This document shows, one piece after another, positions 19,421 through 29,600 of a stretch of 64,000 nt of DNA. This DNA is from Acidobacteriota bacterium (lineage in GTDB: Bacteria > Acidobacteriota > Blastocatellia > RBC074): NCBI GenBank assembly GCA_019639255.1, contig JAHBSF010000002.1:5117-69116 (forward strand), read 5' to 3'. The notes below the pieces were generated by a model, which saw nothing but the letters and a program-made list of their open reading frames with translations, was not told the origin of the DNA and searched no databases. The position numbers and the translations under genes are program-made. How positions within the stretch are numbered: position 1 is the stretch's first letter; each line of letters starts with the position of its first letter.

Positions 19421-19638
19421 ACTCTGTAAACAAAGTTTTGAGTTTTTCAGCCGCAGCAGCGGCGAAAGATCTGCAGCCTATGGGTAGGTGTAGAGAAGCC
19501 GTACCAGCCCCGAAGGGGGCGGAAGATCTTTCGCCCTTTCAGGGCGTTATTTTTCTACTGGCCTGGCGCTCACGCACCAGGCTACAGCTCTTTCGCCGCT
19601 GCTGCGGCTGAAAAACTCAAAACTTTGTTTACAGAGTA
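19421..19638. repeat. Palindromic element family 2, copy 3 (~218 bp) abutting the MFS gene stop
   Basis: 'ACTCTGTAAACAAAGTTTTGAGTTTTTCAGCCGCAGCAGCGGCGAAAGATCTGCAGCC ... GGCTACAGCTCTTTCGCCGCTGCTGCGGCTGAAAAACTCAAAACTTTGTTTACAGAGTACT'. The core is the reverse complement of the copy-1 core. Confidence 0.65.
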
Positions 19639-21000
19639 CTAAACGACATTTGCCGAAATACTGCGGACATACCTGATCCTTCCAGGCCTCACCCTCCAGA
19701 TCAACGCCGCTACAGCAGTCATTGCAACCACCGATACCGTAAAGTTAACCGAGTATGCCTGAGTTACATCGAACATATAACCGCTCAGCCAGGCTCCCAG
19801 CGCCCCACCCGAATAACCGCCGAGTATGCATACACCCAATATCGAACCGAAATGCCTGCCCTGGAACAGATCCGCCGCTGTTGAAAAGAACGCCGGAAGC
19901 GTCAGTCCGTGCCCGAAGCCGAAACAAAGCGCAAAAACATAAACAAGCGCGGGCACGCCCAGACCGCCGATCACGCTAAGCAACATTACGCAGCACACAA
20001 TTACAATTGCTCCGAGAGTAAGGGTTTTCTCTCTTCCGACCCGATCCGACATTGCTCCTCCGACAAATCGTCCGACAATGTTGCCCACACCTTCAAGTCC
20101 TACGGCGGAGGCCGCCAGCGCAGCGCTGTATCCAATGTCGGTAAGATAGGCTACTAGTTGAACCGTAATCGTAGTCAACGCAACTGTGTCGAGCACCATT
20201 GCTGAGATAAGAAGCCAGAACCTCGACTTCCGCACCGCCCTGCGTATGGTCCAGTCGGTTTGCGCCCACTCGACATCTACTACAACAACTTCCGTGCGAT
20301 GATCGCCGGAGCTATTGTCCCCGTCATTTACAGTCCCCCTCCCTGCTCTCCATATTCCTCTTTCGTCATCAATGGTAAGACCCTTGTCCGCGGGCTGTCT
20401 GTGTAGAAACAGCAGTATCAATGTCGACGGAATAATCATGATCAGGATGCCGAGGACGATATAGGCATTGCGCCAGCCGACTTGTTCGATCAGATACTGG
20501 ATCGCCGGTATCCCTACTTGCCCAAGGCCGAGTCCTCCGCTGATAAGCCCTATGGCGAGTCCCCGATGTCTCGCAAACCAGTTGGAAATCACAGTGGTCA
20601 GCGGAACCAGATTGAGCATTTGCGATCCGATCGCGCCAAGCAACCCGAACGCCACATAAAAGTGCCAGGGCTGCGTCATCCGGCTCGTCCATATGAATGC
20701 GCCGGCAGTTACTACTGCGCCAATCGGCATTACAAGCCTCGGTCCGTACCTGTCTACAAGCCCGCCCGCAAACGGCGATACTATGCCGCCCGCAAGATAC
20801 CAGGATGAAAGAGCAAGCGCCGTATCCGCGCGGCTCCACTTGAGATCGTCCAGTATCGCAACGTAAAAGACGGAGAATGACGACTGGATAGGTGCAATCA
20901 GCGTCATTACCAGAAAACATACCGCGACTATCACCCAACCGTAATAGATTCGGGCGCCCGGTTCAGAATCATCGCCGCTGATAGAGTTTGGATTGTTCAT
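19639..21000 (-). CDS. MFS transporter (oxalate/formate antiporter-like)
   Basis: It has 12 hydrophobic helices. 'GGLVDRYGPRLVM' is the MFS loop 2-3 motif. The start was set at 'MNNPNSISGD' (codon 42), which avoids overlap with the upstream amidohydrolase. Confidence 0.8.
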   Translation of the reverse strand: MNNPNSISGDDSEPGARIYYGWVIVAVCFLVMTLIAPIQSSFSVFYVAILDDLKWSRADTALALSSWYLAGGIVSPFAGGLVDRYGPRLVMPIGAVVTAGAFIWTSRMTQPWHFYVAFGLLGAIGSQMLNLVPLTTVISNWFARHRGLAIGLISGGLGLGQVGIPAIQYLIEQVGWRNAYIVLGILIMIIPSTLILLFLHRQPADKGLTIDDERGIWRAGRGTVNDGDNSSGDHRTEVVVVDVEWAQTDWTIRRAVRKSRFWLLISAMVLDTVALTTITVQLVAYLTDIGYSAALAASAVGLEGVGNIVGRFVGGAMSDRVGREKTLTLGAIVIVCCVMLLSVIGGLGVPALVYVFALCFGFGHGLTLPAFFSTAADLFQGRHFGSILGVCILGGYSGGALGAWLSGYMFDVTQAYSVNFTVSVVAMTAVAALIWRVRPGRIRYVRSISANVV

Positions 21001-21028
21001 GGTATTTGGGTGGTGAACCGTTTGAAAG

Positions 21029-22441
21029 CTACGAATGCAAGCGGCTTTCAAGCCATACGGGGCGCGTTGGCGCCGGTCTCGGAGTCGGCACGGAATAATC
21101 GGCGTGATAGTTTGTGTCGACAACGTCGCCGTCTTTGATGACCATGTGGATCCGCTGGGTGTTGCGAATGTCTTCTAGTGGATTTCCGTCCACGACCAGG
21201 ATGTCGGCGAGTTTTCCCCGAGAGATTGTTCCCAGGTCGGCCGACAGACCCAGAAAATCTGAGTTGTCCCGGGTAGACATCGTAATTGCCTGCAACTCGC
21301 TGAAGCCGGCGTCTACGAGCATCTCCAATTCGCGTTGCATGCTCGCCCCCGGCACGGATATGAACGTATCTGAAGCGGCCAGCAGACGCCCACCCGCCTC
21401 GTAGTAATGGACAAGGAGGCATTGCAGCTTTTCGTAACCCTTCTGAACCTCGGCAAGAACGCGGTTATCGGAAAGCCTGAAAACCGCAGAATCTTCCCAG
21501 ATCCTCCTCCACATATCCGGAACGTATTTCAGCGCAGATCGAGCGGCATATCCGGCATCCTCTTCGGCAAACCTGTCGCGGCGAGCGGATGCCATTCGCC
21601 CCCAGTTGGCAAGCGTCGGTATGATGGCTACACGCTTTGCCGCCAGAAAATCCATAAGATGTTTGCCCTGGTCGAGGTCTACCAAATCCCACGCTTTCAG
21701 GTCTGCAATAAAGGTCGTGAGTTCGTCTTCTCGGGGATCGATCTCCCTAGGGTATCGCGTAAGCGCCTGCACAATGCCGCTTGCATGTTCCAGGCCATCG
21801 ATGCCCGCCTGAGCCGCCTCGCGTGCGTCGGTCATTCGAAGATGTCCAGTGACGGGCATACCCAGCCTGTGCGCCTGATCTGCAACGGCGCCCAACAATT
21901 CCGGCGTGATCTTTTCCCGGACCTTAACGGCGGTTGCGCCTTTTTGCTGAGACAGAGTAACCGCCAGCCTGCACATTTCGGAGTTTGACACGCCTACATG
22001 GGTATCCCTCGCAGGCGGCGGTGCATCCAGTCCGTTCCCTACATAAAAAATGCGCGGCGCGCGCACCTCTCCGCGTGCAATTTCGGAGCTTATGGTCGAA
22101 ATCCATATAAGATCGTTACCAAGATCTTTGACTGTAGTTACGCCGTGAGCCAGGAAAAGCTCGCCCATCCAGTCAAAATAATGCACGTGTACGTCAATGA
22201 GACCCGGCATTACATATTTCCCGCGTGCATCGATTACGAGCGCCATATCAGGAACCTGGATTTCGGCGACCTGACCGACATCCACGATCCTGCCTTTGCT
22301 GATAATTACGGATGAATCCTTGACCGGAGGCCCGCCATTTCCGTCAATAAGAGTGCCGCCGACAAGGGCTATAGCGGTTTTTGAGGAAATGTCTGATGAA
22401 TTGGGTCTTTCCGATGACTGCTTTATTTGGGACATAAACAC
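21029..22441 (-). CDS. Metal-dependent amidohydrolase (imidazolonepropionase / Xaa-Pro dipeptidase-like TIM-barrel hydrolase)
   Basis: It has the 'PGLIDVHVHY' His-x-His metal site, a downstream 'HLRM...DGLEHA' block and a C-terminal 'SRGKLADILVVDGNPLEDI' strand, all typical of Amidohydro_1. Confidence 0.8.
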   Translation of the reverse strand: MFMSQIKQSSERPNSSDISSKTAIALVGGTLIDGNGGPPVKDSSVIISKGRIVDVGQVAEIQVPDMALVIDARGKYVMPGLIDVHVHYFDWMGELFLAHGVTTVKDLGNDLIWISTISSEIARGEVRAPRIFYVGNGLDAPPPARDTHVGVSNSEMCRLAVTLSQQKGATAVKVREKITPELLGAVADQAHRLGMPVTGHLRMTDAREAAQAGIDGLEHASGIVQALTRYPREIDPREDELTTFIADLKAWDLVDLDQGKHLMDFLAAKRVAIIPTLANWGRMASARRDRFAEEDAGYAARSALKYVPDMWRRIWEDSAVFRLSDNRVLAEVQKGYEKLQCLLVHYYEAGGRLLAASDTFISVPGASMQRELEMLVDAGFSELQAITMSTRDNSDFLGLSADLGTISRGKLADILVVDGNPLEDIRNTQRIHMVIKDGDVVDTNYHADYSVPTPRPAPTRPVWLESRLHS

Positions 22442-22511
22442 TCCTGCATCCGGCGCCTTTCAAGACGGCCTGACTCAAAAGCCGACATATTCGCCGCCGG
22501 TGAATCGGTAT

Positions 22512-24029
22512 TCAGGCAAGATTTGATTTGAACCACTCGACGATCGTGGGTTCAAGGGTGTTATCCCTTTCGAAGAGCAGGTACGAAACCACGCCGCCCG
22601 GGGATGTTATCAATTTGTTGGCGGGATTTTCGGCGGCGAGTTTTGCAAAGTTTCTCGTCAACTCTCCCATACCCTCGCCCGAAACCATAAGTACCGGCCG
22701 TCCGACCGATGCCAACATTTCTCGATCCGTCTCCTCATCCCAGGGCCAGGTAACCGGATCGAGCATGGCTATGGCTTTTACCTTCGGATTTTCCTTGGCC
22801 GTGTAAAGCGCATATTTTGCAGCCAGTATTCCTCCCAGGATTCCCGTTCGATTTGAATCAATCTCATTTCGGGAGGACAGATAGTTCAACCCCTGGTGGA
22901 CATCGCGCCGGCCGGCAATCATTTCCGCCATGGTTTGAACGAGATAAAGCCCCTTGTTGACGCTCTTTCCTATTCCCCTGTATTCGAGATTCAGAAAAGC
23001 AATTCCTGCATCGAGGAGGAGACGCTCGAGTCGCGCGTAAATCTGCCTGTCGGTGAGCGCCGTGGGAAGCAGTATCAGTGCAGGGGCTGGATTATCCGGG
23101 CCGCAGGCATAGGGCAGGCCGAGATTGCCATACAAAAGCCAGCCGTCGTCCGTTTGCAGCGTGATTTCCTCGATACTTCCGGAACCGCGCAACTTATTCA
23201 GCAGCCAGTCGCCGGCCTGGAAATCGATCGCTTCCTCTATGGGCCGGGAAAGATACTTGTTGCGCCACATGTTGCACATCGTAAGACCGACGCCGAGACC
23301 GTCCTGCAACCATAATTCGCTGTCGGCGCCCTTAACCAGACCAAACGCTTCCGTCATATTATCGCGGCTGGGCTGGTCTTCATTACTGACCAGAAACAAC
23401 ATTGATTTGTGGCCGTTGCAGCCTATGAGATCCAGCGCCTCCTGACTCAGAATTCCGGACAGAAAAACAAACACGCGCACGCGTGGGTCGCCCATCGCAC
23501 CCATAACGGCCGCAGTAGCATTGCGTTCCTCTACGGCAATACCCAACCTGGAAGCGTCTACCTCGCGCTGCTGCGAAAGGAAATCTATTGCGGCGGCCAC
23601 GTCGAGAGCGACTTTTGCGCGCTGCGGCTCCGACATATCCGCAAACCGAATCGGCCCCTCGCTTCTCCCCCTGCCGCGACAATCTATCCTGAGCGTAACG
23701 ATTGACTCCTGAATCCTTGCCCACCCCGGAAAACTGAGCCACGCAGTATGAGAGTGCCTGGATGAGTGGAGCAGAAGCGCAGCCGGCAGTCTTTCGTCCG
23801 TGCGCAGATTTACGGGTACGGTCAAGGTGCCGTGAATTGTCCAACCGTCCGCGGTTTTGAACGCCACCTCGCGCTGCTGAGCGCTGGGATGATGATAAAA
23901 CCCGGCGGGCTTGCCATGTTTTGGTTCCAATTTACCTCCTCTTAAAAGTGTGGTCGTCCGGCCCGCAGGTCTGGATAGTAAGGATGCGGACGAAGCGCTC
24001 GCGCACGCGACCTGCGCACCAGGTATCAT
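22512..24029 (-). CDS. Hypothetical protein with two tandem alpha/beta-hydrolase-like (dienelactone-hydrolase-like) halves
   Basis: 505-aa ORF. Both halves carry 'HGxL/HSSR...' style hydrolase cores. The start is uncertain. Confidence 0.45.
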   Translation of the reverse strand: MIPGAQVACASASSASLLSRPAGRTTTLLRGGKLEPKHGKPAGFYHHPSAQQREVAFKTADGWTIHGTLTVPVNLRTDERLPAALLLHSSRHSHTAWLSFPGWARIQESIVTLRIDCRGRGRSEGPIRFADMSEPQRAKVALDVAAAIDFLSQQREVDASRLGIAVEERNATAAVMGAMGDPRVRVFVFLSGILSQEALDLIGCNGHKSMLFLVSNEDQPSRDNMTEAFGLVKGADSELWLQDGLGVGLTMCNMWRNKYLSRPIEEAIDFQAGDWLLNKLRGSGSIEEITLQTDDGWLLYGNLGLPYACGPDNPAPALILLPTALTDRQIYARLERLLLDAGIAFLNLEYRGIGKSVNKGLYLVQTMAEMIAGRRDVHQGLNYLSSRNEIDSNRTGILGGILAAKYALYTAKENPKVKAIAMLDPVTWPWDEETDREMLASVGRPVLMVSGEGMGELTRNFAKLAAENPANKLITSPGGVVSYLLFERDNTLEPTIVEWFKSNLA

Positions 24030-24060
24030 TTTTTCAGGTCATCGCTTTGCGAGTTGCCGG

Positions 24061-24462
24061 TCAATGCCCAAGAATATCGGTTATCTGAGCCTCCTCTATC
24101 AGATGCACGAATTGTTCGTGGAGCTTCTTGTGACCCTCGTCCCTGTTATATGCTGCAAGCGACTCCGCCCCGTCGAAATCCATCGAGACGCCGTACCTGA
24201 ACGCAGTTCCGTCGTTGATCTGCGCACCCGCGATTATGTTGCTCGTCCCTTTGATGCTCCCTACGTTTGCCTTCACCCCTTCCAGAACCCTGCGGATTTC
24301 GTCTTGTGTGGCTGCAGGCTTGAATTTGAGCAGAATGCTGCGCCTGATGGTCCCTGTCGCAGGGCTTCTCAGCGCCATTGCCTGATATCCAACCGCAAAA
24401 ATCAATACTGCACACATAACGGCGATAAAGCTCGTTCCCTTTCTCATCAACTCTCCTTTCAA
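24061..24462 (-). CDS. Dabb (stress-responsive dimeric alpha/beta-barrel) family protein with signal peptide
   Basis: 'GTIRRSILLKFKPAATQDEIRRVLEGVKAN...AESLAAYNRDEGHKKLHEQFV' is the Dabb fold pattern. Confidence 0.6.
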   Translation of the reverse strand: MKGELMRKGTSFIAVMCAVLIFAVGYQAMALRSPATGTIRRSILLKFKPAATQDEIRRVLEGVKANVGSIKGTSNIIAGAQINDGTAFRYGVSMDFDGAESLAAYNRDEGHKKLHEQFVHLIEEAQITDILGH

Positions 24463-24702
24463 CCTCTGTCTCGGTTCTGTTCCTGAAAACGGAATCTAAT
24501 TGGCTTCTGACCGATCAGTCAGTCGGAATTTTGGGGTGATGGTAGCACTGTTGGAAGAATGTGTCAAAAAAGCTGTAATTATGAGCCCGCTGGAGGGGCG
24601 GTCAAGGTAGGATCGATCAGGTCCTCCATCGTGCGATCAGGGAATATAACCTGTGTATCGAGGTATTTTTTCAGGTTCGGCGGACACGACTTCGGGACAT
24701 AA

Positions 24703-24803
24703 AAGAGAGATAACGGAACAAACGAAATGAAACGAAAATTACGGAAAACCTGAATATTTTAGTGGTTTCGGTCTTTTTTCGAATGTTGCGTTATCTCTCT
24801 TTC
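24703..24803. repeat. Hairpin repeat family 1, copy A (~100 bp imperfect palindrome) between chrA 3' end and the Dabb gene
   Basis: 'AAGAGAGATAACGGAACAAACGAAATGAAACGAAAATTACGGAAAACC-TGAATATTTT-AGTGGTTTCGGTCTTTTTTCGAATGTTGCGTTATCTCTCTTTC'. Confidence 0.7.
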
Positions 24804-24925
24804 AAAGCAGCTTTGATCGGATTGCGCTTCGCCGCCCAAAGATGCGCATTCGGTTTTTGCGAGGTATCGCCGGGCGCAAGGCGAGTGTCGTGCTCATGTA
24901 CTTCTCCTGTCTCTATAACATGAAT

Positions 24926-26278
24926 TCATTGATATAAGAACGTCCGCGCCATGCCGATCAAGCCGCCGCCTATGACGACCCAGAGCACATCCACCTTGAA
25001 CCGGTAGAGCGCAATAAACGCCGCCAGACTCAGCACAACGGCGAACCATTGCGTGCCGCCTGCCCAACCGCGCGGCCAGATCACCGCGGCGCCAAACACC
25101 AGCGCCAGATTCAGCACCACGCCAACCACTGCCGCAGTGATGCCGCTGAGCGCGCCTGTCAAATGGCGATTGCCGCGTAAAGACTCGATATATGGCGCGC
25201 CCAGAAAAATAAACAGGAAGCTCGGCAGAAAGGTGGCGTAGGTCGTAACAAACGCGCCGATGACGCCGCTCAAGGCGGGCGACATTCCCTGCGGATGATT
25301 CCACGCCGCCATAAAACCGACGAACTGCAAGACCATAATCAGCGGCCCCGGCGTCGTTTCAGCGAGCGCCAAACCGTCCACCGCTTGCTGTTGCGACAAC
25401 CAGCCGTAATTGCCGACCGCCGCCTGTGTGACGTAGGTGAGCACTGCATAGGCGCCGCCAAAGGTTACAAGCGCCGCTTGTGTGAAGAATCGATATTCCT
25501 GAGCGTGTAAACCGCCCCAACCGCTCCAGGCGATGAGTGTAATAAACGGCAAGACCCACAGCGTGATTCCAACCGCCAGCGTTCGCAATGCTCGCATGCG
25601 AGAAGGCTGCGTATGCGCGGGCGGCGGGGTCTCGACGGCAATGACGCTCACGGTTTTACCCTTTTCCTGGTTTGACAGCCCCTGCGGCCAGAAGCGTGAC
25701 AGCGCCAATCCGGCCAGCCCCGCCGCCATTACAAGCAGGGGAAACGGAACGTGAAGGAAATAAATCCCAACGAAAGCCAGCGGCGCGATCATAAAATGTG
25801 CTCGCCGCGACAACGCCCGTTTCCCGACTTTAAGCACCGCTTCGACAACAATGGCAACCACTACGGGCTTGAACCCGGTCAGGACGCCTGCTACCGCCGC
25901 GACATTGCCATACGCGGCGTAAATGTACGACAGCGCCAGCAAAATGAAGATTGACGGAAGGACAAAAAACGCTCCAGCTACAATGCCGCCCGGTATGCGA
26001 TGCAACAACCAGCCGATGTAAATCGCCAGTTGCTGCGCTTCAGGGCCCGGCAGCAACATGCAGTAATTGAGCGCATGCAGAAATCGTTCCTCGCTGACCC
26101 ATCGCCGCCGCTCGACCAGTTCGCGGTGCATAATCGCAATCTGCCCAGCCGGGCCGCCGAAACTGATGAAACCCAGCTTTACCCAAAAACGAAAGGCTTC
26201 GGCAAATGATATTCGGCGAGCACCTGGGTGTGCATCGATAGTCTCGCTTGAACTGCCTGTGAATACCGAATGTTTCAT
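24926..26278 (-). CDS. chrA: Chromate ion transporter (CHR family)
   Basis: '[53 protein letters not shown]' is the ChrA signature. The start was set at 'MKHSVF' (codon 17). Confidence 0.85.
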   Translation of the reverse strand: MKHSVFTGSSSETIDAHPGARRISFAEAFRFWVKLGFISFGGPAGQIAIMHRELVERRRWVSEERFLHALNYCMLLPGPEAQQLAIYIGWLLHRIPGGIVAGAFFVLPSIFILLALSYIYAAYGNVAAVAGVLTGFKPVVVAIVVEAVLKVGKRALSRRAHFMIAPLAFVGIYFLHVPFPLLVMAAGLAGLALSRFWPQGLSNQEKGKTVSVIAVETPPPAHTQPSRMRALRTLAVGITLWVLPFITLIAWSGWGGLHAQEYRFFTQAALVTFGGAYAVLTYVTQAAVGNYGWLSQQQAVDGLALAETTPGPLIMVLQFVGFMAAWNHPQGMSPALSGVIGAFVTTYATFLPSFLFIFLGAPYIESLRGNRHLTGALSGITAAVVGVVLNLALVFGAAVIWPRGWAGGTQWFAVVLSLAAFIALYRFKVDVLWVVIGGGLIGMARTFLYQ

Positions 26279-26471
26279 CGAGAACAATCTGCGGAGTACA
26301 CCGAACACGCGAAAGTTGATGAACAAAGATTGTTTTTCCCGGGATTTCCGTTTCTTTCGCGTATTCCGTGTTTATGTTTTATTCCCAAAACGAGAGACTT
26401 GTCCTTCGTTTTCCTGTACGACGAACCTGAATTCTTTGTTGCCGGCTTCGGTCAGACTGACCGTACTGGGC

Positions 26472-26570
26472 AAAGAGAGATAACGGAACAAACGAAATGT
26501 AACGAAAATTATGGAGAATCTGAATATTTCCGTAGTTTTCGTTGCATTTCGTTTGTTCCGTTGTTTACGT
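26472..26570. repeat. Hairpin repeat family 1, copy B (degenerate right arm) in the divergent chrA / regulator intergenic region
   Basis: 'CAAAGAGAGATAACGGAACAAACGAAATGTAACGAAAATTATGGAGAATC-TGAATATTT-CCGTAGTTTTCGTTGCATTTCGTTTGTTCCGTTGTTTACG'. Confidence 0.65.
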
Positions 26571-26624
26571 CTTACTTGAACCGCAACGCTCTGCGGAATA
26601 TGATCGCGGGCCAGGGAGGCGCGG

Positions 26625-29600
26625 ATGTTCCCCGGCTATACAGTTACCCAAGAAATATCGTCGGATTCGGTATATTCCCGGTACAGGTTGTATCGGGCGC
26701 GCAGGGTTGCGGACGGGCAACCGGTTCTGATCAAGGCAGCGAAACCGAAGAGCAACGGGCCGCACGGCGATGAATTGCTCGCGCGAGAGTACAATATTCT
26801 ACACAGCCTCAATGTTGAAAGCGTACCGAAGGTAATCGAGTTGCTGCACACCCCTGCCGGCGTCCATCTCGTGATCTGCGATCCGGGAGGACTTCCCCTG
26901 TGCACCGAACTTGCCCCGGGCCGCATTACGCTCGATCAGTTTCTGCGCCTCGCCGTTCGCATAACATCTGCTGTTGGAGAGATTCATCGCCGCCGAATCG
27001 TGCTTCGCTGCATAAATCCGGAGGGAGTATTTGTCGATCCGTCCCAAGACCGCATATCGATCGTGGATATGAGCCTCGCAAATCCGATTGCGCCTCCGGC
27101 ATCTGATCTGCCCTCTGAAGACGACCTTCAGGGCCTCCTCGGTTACTGCGCGCCGGAACTTACGGGCAGAATGAACCGCGCCGTCGACTTCAGTTCCGAT
27201 CTGTACTCGCTTGGCGTACTCTTCTACGAACTGATTACCGGACGGCTGCCATTCGAATCTTCGGATCCGATTGAACTCATCCACAGGCATCTGGCGGTAA
27301 CGCCTCTTGAGCCCGCCGCTGTCGATCCGCACATCCCCGAACAGTTGTCGCGGCTTGTAATGAAGATGCTTGCGAAAGCCCCGGAGGATCGATATCAGAC
27401 CGCTGCTGGTTTATACGCCGACATCGAAACCTGCACCCGCGATTGGATGCACAGCGGCCGGATTCGCCGATTTGCGCTCGGCGCCTGCGACGTTGCGGAT
27501 TCTTTTTCCGCACCGGAAAAACTGTACGGCAGGCAGCGCGAAGCAGAAGATCTGACAACAGCACTGAATCGGGCGTGCTCCGGACGCACCACAATTGTTC
27601 TGGTGCAGGGCGAATCCGGAATAGGCAAAACATCGCTCATACTGCAGCTTTGCAAACCCATGATCCGGCGCCGCGGCTATTTTATTACCGGAAAGTTCGA
27701 TCAGGTTTGTTCGGCGACACCCTACGGTGTATTGATCCGCGCATTGCGGGAGCTGGTTTCGCAGCTTCTAGGCGAAAGCGAAGCTCAATTAGCGACGTGG
27801 CGAGCGAGATTATCAGAAGTGTTGGGAGCTAACGCAGGCGCGATTGCCGAAGTGTTGCCGGAAATCGAATTGATCCTCGGCAAACAACCGCCCTCGCCTT
27901 CGGTGGCGCCCGCTGAGGCGCTGAATCGGTTTCAATCGGTGTTCCATAACTTAATCGCTGCTGTAGCGCGGCCTGAACATCCGCTGGTTGTATTCCTCGA
28001 CGATCTGCAATGGGCCGACGCCGGAACTCTGGAACTCATCCAAACGATGCTGACGCGAAATTCTACATTATCGCTTCTGCTGATCGGTGCATTTCGTGAC
28101 GGCGAAACCGACGACGATCACCCGCTTTCGCGTGTGCTTGCGACGATGGAATCAGCAGGAATCGCAATTGAACGTATTATTCCCGCCCCGCTCAATCGTG
28201 AGGATATGGAACGGATGCTTGCCGAGACGCTCCGCTGCAACGCCGAACAATCAGCATCGCTTGCGTCGTACTTGCTCGACAAGACCGGAGGCAATCCTTT
28301 TTTTGTGACGCAGTTGCTGAAATCGTTGAGCGAAGAAGGGCGGCTTCGCTTCGATCAGATGCGCCGGCAATGGGTATATCGAATCGACGAGGAAACGGAT
28401 GAGTCATCCGGGAATGAGGCGGTCGACCTGATTACACGCAGGTTGATTCGCTTGTCCGACGACGCAAGGCACGCGTTGACGGCGGCTTCCCTGATGGGAA
28501 ATTCATTCGATGCAGCAACCATAGCGATTGTTACCGATCGCCCCTCGGATGTTACTGTAAAGGCGCTGCTGGAAGCGGTGGAGCAAACATTCCTCATCCA
28601 ATCGCAGGAGCAAACATTCTCTTTCCTCCACGATCAGGTGCAACTCGCGGCATACTCGCTCATTCCGGAACGCGATCGACCATCGGTCCATCTCGCCGTC
28701 GGGCGACTTCTTCAAACACGCGGCGAGCCTGTTTCCGAAGACGATCATTTGTTCGATGTAGTCCATCACCTGAACATTGGAGCCGGGTTGATCGAGGATC
28801 ACGCCGAGAGGCTGGCGCTTGCACGCCTCAATCTCTCCGCCGGCGGAAAAGCACTGCGCGCCACGGCGTTCGATGCGGCGCGAGGTTACTTTACGGCAGG
28901 TGCACGGCTGATACAGGAAGACGAATGGACCACTGAGTACGAACTTGCATTTGCTCTTCATCACGGCGCGGCCGAATGCAGTTATTTATGCAGGGATTTC
29001 GATTCCGCCGATTCGGCGTTCGGCGAACTTATCAAGCGCGCCCGCACGAATACCGATCGAGCAAGCATATTCAACCTTCGCATAGTGCAGTACGAATACC
29101 AATCGCGGTATGAAGACGCAATAAATTGCGCGCGCACGGCGCTCGAACCGTTCGGCGTGCATTTGCCGGAAACCGGTTCGGTGCAGCAGGAGCTCGAAAG
29201 CGAAATGGAATCGATCGATCTGCTGCTCGGCGGCCGCAGAATAGCAGACCTCGCCGACCTTCCTTCGGCAACCCAACCGGAAATCAGGATGGTTATGAAA
29301 CTGCTGACCGCAACGTGGCCGTCGGCCTATATATCCGGAAGGCAGGCTCTCACTCGCCTGCTTTCCGCAACAATCGTCAGGTTATCGCTTGAATACGGAA
29401 ACGCGGAAGAATCCGCCTACGGCTACGTTACGCACGCAATCACTCTTGGACCGGTTCGGGAGGATTACCACGCAGCCTACGAGTTCGGGCTCCTTGCGCT
29501 GGAGGTGAATGAACGCTTCAACGACAGACGGCTGCGTGCAAAGGTGTTCCAGCAGTTCAATGCCCACGTAAACCTTTGGCGTCGCCCGCTTGAAACCTGT